This document shows, piece by piece, positions 9,998 through 19,316 of a stretch of 64,000 bases of DNA (within the stretch, counting starts at the first letter, position 1; every line of letters starts with the position of its first letter). Source of the DNA: a bacterium (GTDB lineage Bacteria > Zhuqueibacterota > Zhuqueibacteria > Residuimicrobiales > Krinioviventaceae); assembly GCA_963693055.1 (NCBI GenBank), contig OY843751.1, forward strand, positions 2,336,001-2,400,000, written 5' to 3'. The position numbers and the translations under genes are program-made. The notes under the pieces were generated by a model. That model ran no database searches. It was not told the DNA's origin and saw only the letters and a list, made by a program, of their open reading frames with translations.

Positions 9998-11275
9998 TTA
10001 ATAGGTTGCCAGGACGTCCAGCATAAACTTGATGATGGTTATGTTTTGCACGGCCATAAAAATAATGAAAATCGAAGAGATTACAATTGAAGCGATTCTA
10101 AATTTGGATTTTAATCTCAAAATACCTGAAAACATGATGATCTCTGACAAAATCCAATGTTGGGAATACAGGAACAATTCTTTGCCATAAAAAGAATGGA
10201 ATATCCAGTTGAAAATTAACACAAGCAATGCTGCCAGTAATAGAAATTGAGAATTGGGGTCCCGAAACAATATTAGCATACCAAGCATCATGATTAATAA
10301 TAAAATAACCCGAATTATAATCAAAGGATTAATATTGTCTTGCATTGAAAATGTAATATCATATTTAGCATCAGGATTGTATGCAACAGCGCCGCTGTTA
10401 TAGTCGATATCCGGTTCCGGAGTTACAAACGCATTGGTCAATGTTTGGGTGAATTCCTGAAATTTGTTACTTGCTTCTGAGAATGAATGTGCTATAAATA
10501 ATTCATGTTTTGTACCATCCAGAACTGATTTTTCTTTGGGAAGTATAAAGGTATTCACCAATAGTGCAAAGCCAACATTAAAAACTAGGATAAATGCGGT
10601 TAAATAGGTTGTAAATTTAACTGCTGTTTTAAAACTGTATCGGATTTGATAAACAACCAATCCCCATAATATCATTACGACAACTATATTAGACAAGGTT
10701 ATTCCTGCAATCAGGATACCTAATAAGAACCATAGTGGCGTATAGAGCTTTTCTTTTTGCAGACTTGTTAATGCCAACAGGAATAATAGTGCCAACAAAA
10801 AACCGGTGATAGCAAAATGTTCAGGCATACTGTTAAAGATTAGCCTGCTAAAACTCAACATTTCAAGCAGACAGAGTATAACTGTTGAAAGAATATCGAA
10901 TCCCCATTTATAGAAAAAGATAAAGAGGATGAGGGTCTTGAATGCACCTAAAACCGGTAAAAGAAAAATGATAATATTTCTTCTGATTTCATTGGGGTGT
11001 GTTTTTATCAATCCACTATGATAAAGAACAGAAGCCAATGCTCTTATAGGTGGATGTACAAAATTTGACAAGTTGGGATGTACCCATTCATGACCACCTG
11101 GTCCCAAACCATATTGAAAGTTTTTAAGTCTAAAACTTGGGTCTGCATCAAATAAAACATTATGTTGCGAAAAAACTTGTAAATGGTCTAATTTTTTTTC
11201 AAGATAATAATTGATGAAAAAACTACAAACAAAAAGTATTGTGATGTTTGCAAAAATAAGCCATTTATCTTTCAT
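9998..11275 (-). CDS. Multi-pass membrane protein of unknown function
   Basis: 425-aa ORF with many TM segments; very AT-rich. Confidence 0.6.
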   Translation of the reverse strand: MKDKWLIFANITILFVCSFFINYYLEKKLDHLQVFSQHNVLFDADPSFRLKNFQYGLGPGGHEWVHPNLSNFVHPPIRALASVLYHSGLIKTHPNEIRRNIIIFLLPVLGAFKTLILFIFFYKWGFDILSTVILCLLEMLSFSRLIFNSMPEHFAITGFLLALLFLLALTSLQKEKLYTPLWFLLGILIAGITLSNIVVVMILWGLVVYQIRYSFKTAVKFTTYLTAFILVFNVGFALLVNTFILPKEKSVLDGTKHELFIAHSFSEASNKFQEFTQTLTNAFVTPEPDIDYNSGAVAYNPDAKYDITFSMQDNINPLIIIRVILLLIMMLGMLILFRDPNSQFLLLAALLVLIFNWIFHSFYGKELFLYSQHWILSEIIMFSGILRLKSKFRIASIVISSIFIIFMAVQNITIIKFMLDVLATY

Positions 11276-11503
11276 TTATTCAACCTGATAATTTTTAGTT
11301 AGAATTATTATATTATATGAAAAAAAAATTAATATGCATAGTAAAATAATATTGAAATTTATACCCGAAATGATTTAAAGGCAGGTTTTGTTCTAGTAAC
11401 ATACAAAAAATGCCCCTGAACTTTTATTAATTTTCTGCTTTACTTTTTTTATTCATAATAAATGATTACATTTATTGTTTGGTAAAAATGGAAAGGATTT
11501 TTT

Positions 11504-14350
11504 TTGTTACAACCAATTAAAACAGGACAGCGCTGGATTAGTGAAATGGAACCCGAATTGGGTTTAGGACTTGTAGTAAAGCTGGAACATAGAAGAGCTT
11601 ATATTGAGTTTGAAGCAGGTGAATGCGTAAGGATCTATGCAATTGAAACAGCACCCATCAAGCGCGTAGAGTTTACCGTTGGAGACACTCTAAAAACCCG
11701 CGATGACGAGGAATTTACTGTTGAAAAAGTTGACGATCAGGATGGATTACTGATTTATAGCGGTAATGGATTTGAGATTATTGAATCTGATCTGAGTCCT
11801 CATATCAGTTTTACCACACCTGAAAATCGAATGTCTGCCGGGCATGTTGATCCGAATGGACTGTTTAACCTGCGCTGGGAAGCTCTACAAACCCGTTATA
11901 ATATCCTCAAATCTCCGGTTAGGGGATTTGTTGGTGGTCGTATAGATTTAATACCACATCAGCTCTATATTGCTCACGAAATTTCTGAGCGCAAAATACC
12001 TCGTGCACTATTGGCTGATGAAGTTGGTTTGGGAAAAACCATTGAAGCTTGTTTAATTATGCATCGTTTATTGGTTAGTGGTCGCATAAACCGTGTGTTG
12101 ATACTTGTACCTGAGGTTTTGATATATCAATGGTTTGTTGAATTACTTCGTCGATTTAATTTAATGTTTAGAATTATCGATGAAGATTTTATGATGGATC
12201 TGGAAGAGGAACATCCCGATGCAAATCCATTTGAGAATGAAGCTTTGGTATTATGCAGTAGTGACTTTTTTGAATATGAACCGGATAGATTTGAACAGGC
12301 AATGCAAGCGGGTTGGGACCTGTTGATTGTGGATGAAGCCCATCATTTGAAAGAAGGTACGCACGAGTATGAACTGGTTCAGGGTTTATCTTTACAAACT
12401 CCGGGATTGTTATTATTGACTGCTACTCCAGAGCAATTGGGTTTGCATGGCCATTTTGAAAGATTAAGGCTGCTTGATCCTGCTCGTTATTCGGATTATG
12501 ATGCATTTCTTAAAGAATCTGAAACATATCACAAAGTTGCCGAGTTGGGGCATGTTATACTGGGTGACAAAAAAGTCCCTGAAAAGTCAATCAAAGACAT
12601 TGAAATGATTTTTAGTGATGACAGTTCTTTGATTCAACTGATTCAGGATGCAATCAGTGGTGATGATAAATCTAAAAAGCGGTTAATGGGACATATGCTG
12701 GACCGTCATGGAATAGGCAGAGTCATGTTCCGCAATACGCGATCTGCAATGCCTGACTTTCCTAAAAGAGAAATTCATCCTGTTGAGTTAAAGGGAGAGA
12801 ACGATCCTGTTTTACTTGCAAGAATTGATAACGAGTTTTCTGGCGATACCGGTAGAATGAAATTCAAAATTTCTTATGATTTTCAAGATGATCCGCGAAT
12901 AGATTGGCTTGCAGAGTTTTTGAAAAAAAATCCCGATGAAAAGGTCCTGTTAATCTGCAGAACCCGTAGAAAAGCTCAAGCCATACATGATGCTTTGAAA
13001 AAAAAGATTGAAATAAAATCCACATTGTTTCATGAAAATATGTCAATTGTGCAAAGAGACAGGAATGCCGCATGGTTTTCAGAACCAGATGGTGCGCGGT
13101 TATTGATCAGTTCAGAGATTGGTAGTGAGGGACGTAATTTTCAGTTTTCTCACCACCTGGTTTTTGTTGATCTTCCTGTTAACCCTGAATTGCTTGAACA
13201 GCGTATTGGACGTTTAGACCGTATAGGGCAAACTTCAACAATCCATATACATGTTTTGTTTATACCCAATACGGCTTATGGAATGTTGTTTGATTGGTAC
13301 CGTAATGGTATAAATGCATTTGAAAAACATGTTCCCGGAGCAAGACAGGTTTATGAAGAATTTAAAGAGCCATTGTGGGAAATGTTAGGACAGGCAAACA
13401 GTTCACCGAACCAAAAAAAATATGAAAAACTGATCAAAGATACCCGTGATTTTAGTGAGAAGCTTGAGCAAAAGCTGGAGGAAGGTAGAGACCGTTTGTT
13501 AGAGCTCCATTCATTTCGTCCCGAAGCTGCTGCTGCGCTTGTAGATTTAATAGAATCAGAAGGGAAAAACACCCGTCTTGATCAATTGATGCATTTGATT
13601 TGGGAGTTTTATGGCATCAATTCAGATGATATTGATATTGAAAAACGTACATTTCGATTGACTCCCGGTGATTTAAAAATTGACGCCTTTCCAGGTTTTA
13701 ATCCCAAGGGAATGATTGTATCCTTTGATCGTGAAAAAGCTATTGAAAGGGAAGATATTATATTCCTCAGTAATGATCATCCTATGGTTCATGGCGCGCT
13801 TGATCTGGTATTGGGAAGCGAATTGGGTAATAGTACCTTGGCTATTTTGCAAAATAACCACGAGTCTGGTATTTTACTTGAAACAATTTATGTTCTGGAA
13901 TGTCTTGCTCCTCTTCGTTTGCAGGTTGATCGTTTTCTTGCTCCCACACCTTTAAGAGTTTTAGTTGAACCCGGTGGTAAGGAAAAATCTGAAGAGTTTA
14001 GTGAAATCCAATTGAAAAAACGTTTAAAAACTCCTGTTCAAGCAGGACAATTGCTTGATTCTATGCCTATTAAAACAGAATTATTACCGGATCTTTTAAA
14101 ACAAAGCAAGCTGATTGCACAGGAAAAAGCTTCTCAAATAATCAAATCTGCTCTTGAACAAACGGAACAATCTCTGGGTGATGAAATTAAAAGATTAAAG
14201 GCACTAAAGCAGGTTAATGATCATGTAAGTGATGAAGAAATCAAACTTGCCGAACAAGAAAAGCAGGAGATTGTTGCAAATATTAAAACCGCACGAATTC
14301 GTTTGGATGCTTTGCGTTTGATTATTGTTGGAGATTTTTCAAATGATTGA
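11504..14350 (+). CDS. rapA: RNA polymerase-associated SNF2 ATPase RapA/HepA
   Basis: N-terminal 'GQRWISEMEPELGLG', 'LLADEVGLGKT', 'DEAHH', 'LTATPEQLG', 'SEIGSEGRNFQF' and C-terminal 'RLDALRLII'. Confidence 0.92.
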   Translation: MLQPIKTGQRWISEMEPELGLGLVVKLEHRRAYIEFEAGECVRIYAIETAPIKRVEFTVGDTLKTRDDEEFTVEKVDDQDGLLIYSGNGFEIIESDLSPHISFTTPENRMSAGHVDPNGLFNLRWEALQTRYNILKSPVRGFVGGRIDLIPHQLYIAHEISERKIPRALLADEVGLGKTIEACLIMHRLLVSGRINRVLILVPEVLIYQWFVELLRRFNLMFRIIDEDFMMDLEEEHPDANPFENEALVLCSSDFFEYEPDRFEQAMQAGWDLLIVDEAHHLKEGTHEYELVQGLSLQTPGLLLLTATPEQLGLHGHFERLRLLDPARYSDYDAFLKESETYHKVAELGHVILGDKKVPEKSIKDIEMIFSDDSSLIQLIQDAISGDDKSKKRLMGHMLDRHGIGRVMFRNTRSAMPDFPKREIHPVELKGENDPVLLARIDNEFSGDTGRMKFKISYDFQDDPRIDWLAEFLKKNPDEKVLLICRTRRKAQAIHDALKKKIEIKSTLFHENMSIVQRDRNAAWFSEPDGARLLISSEIGSEGRNFQFSHHLVFVDLPVNPELLEQRIGRLDRIGQTSTIHIHVLFIPNTAYGMLFDWYRNGINAFEKHVPGARQVYEEFKEPLWEMLGQANSSPNQKKYEKLIKDTRDFSEKLEQKLEEGRDRLLELHSFRPEAAAALVDLIESEGKNTRLDQLMHLIWEFYGINSDDIDIEKRTFRLTPGDLKIDAFPGFNPKGMIVSFDREKAIEREDIIFLSNDHPMVHGALDLVLGSELGNSTLAILQNNHESGILLETIYVLECLAPLRLQVDRFLAPTPLRVLVEPGGKEKSEEFSEIQLKKRLKTPVQAGQLLDSMPIKTELLPDLLKQSKLIAQEKASQIIKSALEQTEQSLGDEIKRLKALKQVNDHVSDEEIKLAEQEKQEIVANIKTARIRLDALRLIIVGDFSND

Positions 14351-14987
14351 TGATTTAAATACTGGTAAAGGCATACCCAAGTGGTTAGACTGGGCCAGAA
14401 GAATACAGTCTATAGCCCAAACCGGACTGGCTTTTAATCAATCAGAATATGATATAGAACGTTTTAACCAGTTGCAAAATATTGCGGCAGAGATTATAGA
14501 AGAACATACTGAACTCAAAAAAACAGGCTTGTTTGAAAATTTTAATCTACAAAAAGGTTATGCTACACCCAAAATTGATGTAAGGGGGGCTGTAGTTAAA
14601 GATGGACAAATTCTACTTGTGCAGGAAAAATCAGATGAGCATTGGTGTATGCCCGGAGGATGGGCTGATGTGGGGGAAGGTCCGGCAGATTCAGTGGTTC
14701 GTGAGATACGTGAAGAAAGCGGCTTTGAAACTAAAGTTGTTAAGATAGTGGGTGTGTATGATGCCAATAGAAGCGGTAGACAATTGGAATTGTACCATGC
14801 TTTTAAAGTTGTTTTTATGTGTGAACTGCTAGGTGGAAAAGCCACACCCAGCAATGAAACGCTTGCTGTAGAATTTTATGATTTCGATTCTTTGCCGGAA
14901 CTCTCTCAAAACCGTACCAACACATATCATCTTGAACATGTTTTTAGGCATGTCCAAAATCCTAACGAATTAACGTTTTTTGATTAA
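14343..14987 (+). CDS. NUDIX hydrolase with Nudix_N domain (YjhB-like)
   Basis: 'IAQTGL', 'GYATPKIDVRG' and the Nudix box 'PGGWADVGE...VREIREESG'. Confidence 0.9.
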   Translation: MIDDLNTGKGIPKWLDWARRIQSIAQTGLAFNQSEYDIERFNQLQNIAAEIIEEHTELKKTGLFENFNLQKGYATPKIDVRGAVVKDGQILLVQEKSDEHWCMPGGWADVGEGPADSVVREIREESGFETKVVKIVGVYDANRSGRQLELYHAFKVVFMCELLGGKATPSNETLAVEFYDFDSLPELSQNRTNTYHLEHVFRHVQNPNELTFFD

Positions 14988-14988
14988 A

Positions 14989-15741
14989 ATGATAAAGTCG
15001 GTTATAACCATAGGTACAGGGGCAGGTTATGCCTCACCTGAAAGAGGTGGAGCTGCCAATTTGGTGTTTATAGATGGCGAATCCATCTTGTTTGATTGTG
15101 GTGAAGGAACTGCCGGCTGGATGAATAAATTGCATATAACGAATGATCTGTCTGTTATTTTTATATCTCATTTACATGCAGATCACATAGCTGGCTTGTT
15201 TGTCTTGTTGCAAAATATGAAGATTCTAAAAAGAAAGAAATTACTCGAGATTTTTTTACCCGGCCCCGGAATAAATGACCTGTCAAACTTTATATCTGCA
15301 GTTTATCTTGATCCTGAAATTGATAACATGCCGTTTCCCATTCAATTAAAACCCATATCTGTTGGCACTCTGTATGCAAATCCTTTTTATTATGTGAATG
15401 CATGGGAATCTGATCATTTTTCTCAAGATATCCTAAAGAATAGAGAACAACGCCCTGTTTTTGGATTTACATTAATCACCTCAGAAACTGATACACTAGT
15501 CTATACGGGAGATATTACGAGTATCGAGTGTATAATTTCTGAATTAAATAAAAAAGCCACACTTGTTTGCGAATCTACACATACCAGCCCAAGTGAGATA
15601 GTTGACATTGCAAAACAAAAGCATATCAAACGTGTTATTTTTACTCATATTGCACCCGATTTTGATGGAAATCAACAAGAGCTAGTTGAGCAGAATGATT
15701 TTGTATCTTTTGCAAAAGATGGACAACGATATATTTGGTAA
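14989..15741 (+). CDS. Metallo-beta-lactamase fold hydrolase (RNase Z-like)
   Basis: 'IGTGAG', 'FDCGEG', 'SHLHADH', 'YTGD', 'CEST' and 'FTH' motifs. Confidence 0.8.
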   Translation: MIKSVITIGTGAGYASPERGGAANLVFIDGESILFDCGEGTAGWMNKLHITNDLSVIFISHLHADHIAGLFVLLQNMKILKRKKLLEIFLPGPGINDLSNFISAVYLDPEIDNMPFPIQLKPISVGTLYANPFYYVNAWESDHFSQDILKNREQRPVFGFTLITSETDTLVYTGDITSIECIISELNKKATLVCESTHTSPSEIVDIAKQKHIKRVIFTHIAPDFDGNQQELVEQNDFVSFAKDGQRYIW

Positions 15742-15754
15742 AAAAGCTCTTTTT

Positions 15755-15770
15755 TGGCAAAAAAATTGCA
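15755..15770 (+). promoter_or_regulatory. Putative sigma54 -24/-12 promoter
   Basis: TGGCAAAAAAATTGCA with GG and GC 12 bp apart, about 80 bp upstream of the response regulator start. Confidence 0.55.
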
Positions 15771-15851
15771 ATATGATTTTATGTAAGGTATATTGTGTAG
15801 AATTACACAAGGTGACTTGGTGGGGGGGTAAAAAATATAGGATAAATTGAC

Positions 15852-16724
15852 ATGATACTTGTGGTTGAAGATGACCAGATTACCCAAACCATTGTTGCGA
15901 AAATTTTGAGCAAAGCTCAGTTTGAACTTGATATAACATCAGATGCATATCAGGCAATTACCAACATTCGTCAAAATCAATACCTGGTTGCAGTTGTTGA
16001 CCTGGTTTTACCTGGTCCCATGAATGGTATTAATTTAATCAAACAAATCAAAAAATATTCTCCAGCAACGCAAATTATCGCTTGTTCAGCATATGGTTCA
16101 CAACAACAAAGCCGATTGGCAGCACGTGCCGGTGCGGATCTTTTTCTATTAAAACCCTTTAAACCCAATGAACTTGTTGCTGCTGTAACTAAATTATCAG
16201 GTGGAGCATCAAATACAATCTCTATTCGAAATAAAAATGCCCGCAAAGACATTAATCAACTTCGGCCTTTGTTGTTTAATCAATTCCCCGAAGTTGTTGT
16301 TGAAGATATTATGAAACTCGGTAAATTAACCCAACTGGGTTTCAAAGAAATGCATGTTATCAATTTTACCGAAGAAATTGCCATTGTACTTGAAGGATCA
16401 TGCAGGTGTTTGTTTTCCAATAGGGATTTGGGTGTTTTGAAAGCTTTTGAATCCATTGGTCAGGAATTTATTGCTGAGGGATTTGATCCTGATTCAACTT
16501 TAAATATTCAGGCATTAATGCCAACAGAGCTGTTTGTTATTAGAAGTGTTGAACTGGTTAAATTTCTTCACAGTCAGCAAAGTGATTTGTTACAAAAATT
16601 GAAAAATAACATAAGATTTATGCATACAAAAAGCCTGTTCACTTTGGCTCTCAAGAGCAATGCCAGTGCTGCAACAGGAGCTGATGCAGTAAATTTTGAC
16701 GATACCAGTCTATTAGGATTATAA
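15852..16724 (+). CDS. Response regulator (REC plus degenerate cNMP-binding-like C-terminal domain)
   Basis: 'LVVEDD', 'VDLVLPG' and 'KPF' receiver motifs; C-terminal 'IVLEG...IGQ' resembles a cNMP fold. Confidence 0.7.
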   Translation: MILVVEDDQITQTIVAKILSKAQFELDITSDAYQAITNIRQNQYLVAVVDLVLPGPMNGINLIKQIKKYSPATQIIACSAYGSQQQSRLAARAGADLFLLKPFKPNELVAAVTKLSGGASNTISIRNKNARKDINQLRPLLFNQFPEVVVEDIMKLGKLTQLGFKEMHVINFTEEIAIVLEGSCRCLFSNRDLGVLKAFESIGQEFIAEGFDPDSTLNIQALMPTELFVIRSVELVKFLHSQQSDLLQKLKNNIRFMHTKSLFTLALKSNASAATGADAVNFDDTSLLGL

Positions 16725-16737
16725 TTTAGGAATTTGA

Positions 16738-17355
16738 GTGAATCAATACCTTTATTTATCTATTCTTTGGATGCTTTGGTGCTTTTTGCATAGTCTTTTT
16801 ATTGCTTCCGCTTTTGTCAAAAAGGCCGAAAATAAAATGGGGGATTCATTTCGATATTATCGGTTGATTTATAATCTTTTTGCATTCATTTCCCTGGTTC
16901 CAATCTATCTGTATACCCGTTCCTTATATATCAGACCCTTTTGGGTTTGGGATGGTACACTTTTAATTGTTAAATATTTATTATTATTTACCGGATTTGC
17001 TCTGTTATGGCTTGGGGCAAAAAGTTTTAGTATGAAACAGTTTATTGGTATTTCACAGGTTTTGAAAGGGAATTCTTTCCGCACCTTGAATAAAAAAGGC
17101 GATATCAGTTCAAGCGGAGTATTGAGATATATTAGGCACCCTTGGTATACCAGTGGAATTTTATTAATTTGGTCTCAGGATTTTGATATTACCAGGTTAA
17201 TCGTTGCATTTATTTTAACGATTTATCTTTTGCTGGGCGCTTTTATTGAAGAACGTAAGCTTTTGAATGAATTTGGAGATTCTTATAAAAATTACCGGAA
17301 AAATGTGTCCATGTTTTTCCCGGTAAAATTTATTCGAAAAAAGTTTAATATATAG
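16738..17355 (+). CDS. Membrane methyltransferase, NnrU/ICMT (MddA-like) family
   Basis: 'CFLHSLF', 'YIRHPWY' and 'EERKL..EFG..Y..Y' motifs. Confidence 0.8.
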   Translation: MNQYLYLSILWMLWCFLHSLFIASAFVKKAENKMGDSFRYYRLIYNLFAFISLVPIYLYTRSLYIRPFWVWDGTLLIVKYLLLFTGFALLWLGAKSFSMKQFIGISQVLKGNSFRTLNKKGDISSSGVLRYIRHPWYTSGILLIWSQDFDITRLIVAFILTIYLLLGAFIEERKLLNEFGDSYKNYRKNVSMFFPVKFIRKKFNI

Positions 17356-17362
17356 TATTGTA

Positions 17363-17596
17363 TTATTTACTTAACCATTCTAATATCTGGTTTTCATCAG
17401 GTAATTTCCCTGAACTCATAACCTGACCATCAACAACAAGTGCCGGAGTCATCATGATTCCATATGAAAGGATGTCATTAATTTCAGTCACTTTTTCAAG
17501 TTCAATATTAATATTGTTTGTTGATGCTACTTGTTTAACACGATCTTCCAGCATATTACATTTGGGGCATCCGGTGCCCAGTACTTTAACATTCAT
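17363..17596 (-). CDS. Small redox-active disulfide protein (thioredoxin-like, Thioredoxin_3)
   Basis: 'VLGTGCPKC' and 'MMTPALVVDG'; commonly found with ArsP permeases. Confidence 0.9.
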   Translation of the reverse strand: MNVKVLGTGCPKCNMLEDRVKQVASTNNINIELEKVTEINDILSYGIMMTPALVVDGQVMSSGKLPDENQILEWLSK

Positions 17597-17607
17597 TTGA
17601 ATTCCTT

Positions 17608-18387
17608 TTATTTTGTTTTTATTTTATTAAATAATTCAGGTAATTTTGTGTTGTAAAAATCTATAATTTTTTCTTGAGTATCTCCCAGGGGTTTTACCGG
17701 AACGAGATCCTGGACTTGTTCATATAAAAGTCCCGAATTAAACAATGTTTTAAGTGATGTATCTGTCATGACTTTGACCGCAGAAACGGCTTCATCCGCA
17801 TCCATACCAAATTGTTCTGCCAATTGGTGCAGTGTATGCCATTGAAACCACATATATGTTGGACCCATTGCAACTATCATTGCATATGCTTCCAGTTTTG
17901 CTTCGGCTACCAATGGAACTTGTCCCAAATATTTAAAAGCCGAAAATACTTTTTCCTGCTCTTGCGTGGTAACAGATGTTGAAAAACAAATTGGATTTAA
18001 CCCTTCATTAATGATAGATGCCGCGCTGGGAATTGTACGAACAATCTTTTTATGTTTGTTCAGCCCTTCTGAAATAACCTGAATTGTGAACTTGGGTGCC
18101 AGTGAAATGATTAAAGTGTTTTCATCAACATAATCTTTAATCGAATCCAATACTGATTTTATAACTGGTGGGTGTACAGCAATCACTATTGTGCTAAATT
18201 CTTTAATATTTGAGTCTATTGATCCCGCTGTTTGAATGCCGAATTTTCTTTTCAGTTCTGCGTTAACATTAGCATCAGGATCAAATACCGTAATATTGTC
18301 GAGTGGTATATTGCTGTTTGCCCAACCTTGAAGCATAAAGTTTACAACTCTTCCACCACCAATAAATAAAATTTTTGAATTTAACAT
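17608..18387 (-). CDS. Pyrroline-5-carboxylate reductase-like NAD(P)-binding protein
   Basis: Rossmann 'FIGGGR', 'IAVHPP', 'AMGPTY'; RBS GGAGGG upstream. Confidence 0.75.
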   Translation of the reverse strand: MLNSKILFIGGGRVVNFMLQGWANSNIPLDNITVFDPDANVNAELKRKFGIQTAGSIDSNIKEFSTIVIAVHPPVIKSVLDSIKDYVDENTLIISLAPKFTIQVISEGLNKHKKIVRTIPSAASIINEGLNPICFSTSVTTQEQEKVFSAFKYLGQVPLVAEAKLEAYAMIVAMGPTYMWFQWHTLHQLAEQFGMDADEAVSAVKVMTDTSLKTLFNSGLLYEQVQDLVPVKPLGDTQEKIIDFYNTKLPELFNKIKTK

Positions 18388-18423
18388 TGTCCCTCCAATT
18401 GTAATATTATTTAAAGTTTAGTG

Positions 18424-18438
18424 CATATGACCATAGGA
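18424..18438 (+). repeat. Left terminal inverted repeat CATATGACCATAGGA
   Basis: Reverse complement of 20241-20255 with one mismatch. Confidence 0.85.
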
Positions 18439-18476
18439 ATCATTGTTTTAATAAAAACAGAAATAAGGAGATTCTT

Positions 18477-19316
18477 ATGGCAGATGTTAAAAATAATTAT
18501 GGTTTAAAAAGACTCGAATCCAAGACAGCTAAAAACGCTATTGTCCAAAAACTGTCTCAGGATTTCAATTTGACTCCTATTATTGCCGAAGCTTACTATC
18601 AACAATTTGACCAATACTTTCAGGAACATTCCAACATTTCATTATCAGGAGGTGAAGTCGCTTATGAAGCTGTTGCCGCTGAAGAACCAGCCGGCAAACA
18701 TATCAGATTAACCCGAAAGCTTACGGTCCGTCTCAAACTAATTGACTTTAATACAGATCTGCAAGCCCTGGCTAATTATGGCCTTGCCGGACTTAGACGA
18801 CACCGGATCGCCCGTCTGACTCGACAAGCCTATGATCAGGGTGCTTTACTCAGCTATGAAGACCTGGCAATGCTTTTAACCACCAGTCCGGCCACTGTTA
18901 AACGTGACATTTATCATCTCCGTCATCACGGTATGTTTATCATGACACGAGGTATGAAACATGACATGGGTCCCGGACTGTCTCATAAAACCATCATTAT
19001 TGATCTGTATCTTAAAGGTTATACCTTTTCAGAAATAGAACAAAAAACCAATCATTCTGAAACCAGCATCAAACGTTACCTCGCTGACTTTATGCAGATC
19101 GCCCTTTTATACAAGGAAAATTTCTCTCCGAACCAGATTCGACTCATTGCAAAGAAATCCGACCGCCTGGTGCGCGAGTATATCCAACTCTACCAAACCT
19201 ATCTTCAACAAAACAATACGCGATTAAACGATCTGTTATCTCCTGCGGAACCTGGTGGCGACGCGAAAAAAAAATCCATTCCTCAACATCTATCAGGAGG
19301 CAAAGAAAATGAGTAA
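18477..19316 (+). CDS. DUF1670-like protein A (multiple HTH-like segments)
   Basis: 'AYDQGALLSYEDLAMLL', 'TRG', 'HKTIIIDLYLKG', 'HSETSIKRY'; resembles PF07900 from memory; RBS AAGGAG. Confidence 0.8.
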   Translation: MADVKNNYGLKRLESKTAKNAIVQKLSQDFNLTPIIAEAYYQQFDQYFQEHSNISLSGGEVAYEAVAAEEPAGKHIRLTRKLTVRLKLIDFNTDLQALANYGLAGLRRHRIARLTRQAYDQGALLSYEDLAMLLTTSPATVKRDIYHLRHHGMFIMTRGMKHDMGPGLSHKTIIIDLYLKGYTFSEIEQKTNHSETSIKRYLADFMQIALLYKENFSPNQIRLIAKKSDRLVREYIQLYQTYLQQNNTRLNDLLSPAEPGGDAKKKSIPQHLSGGKENE

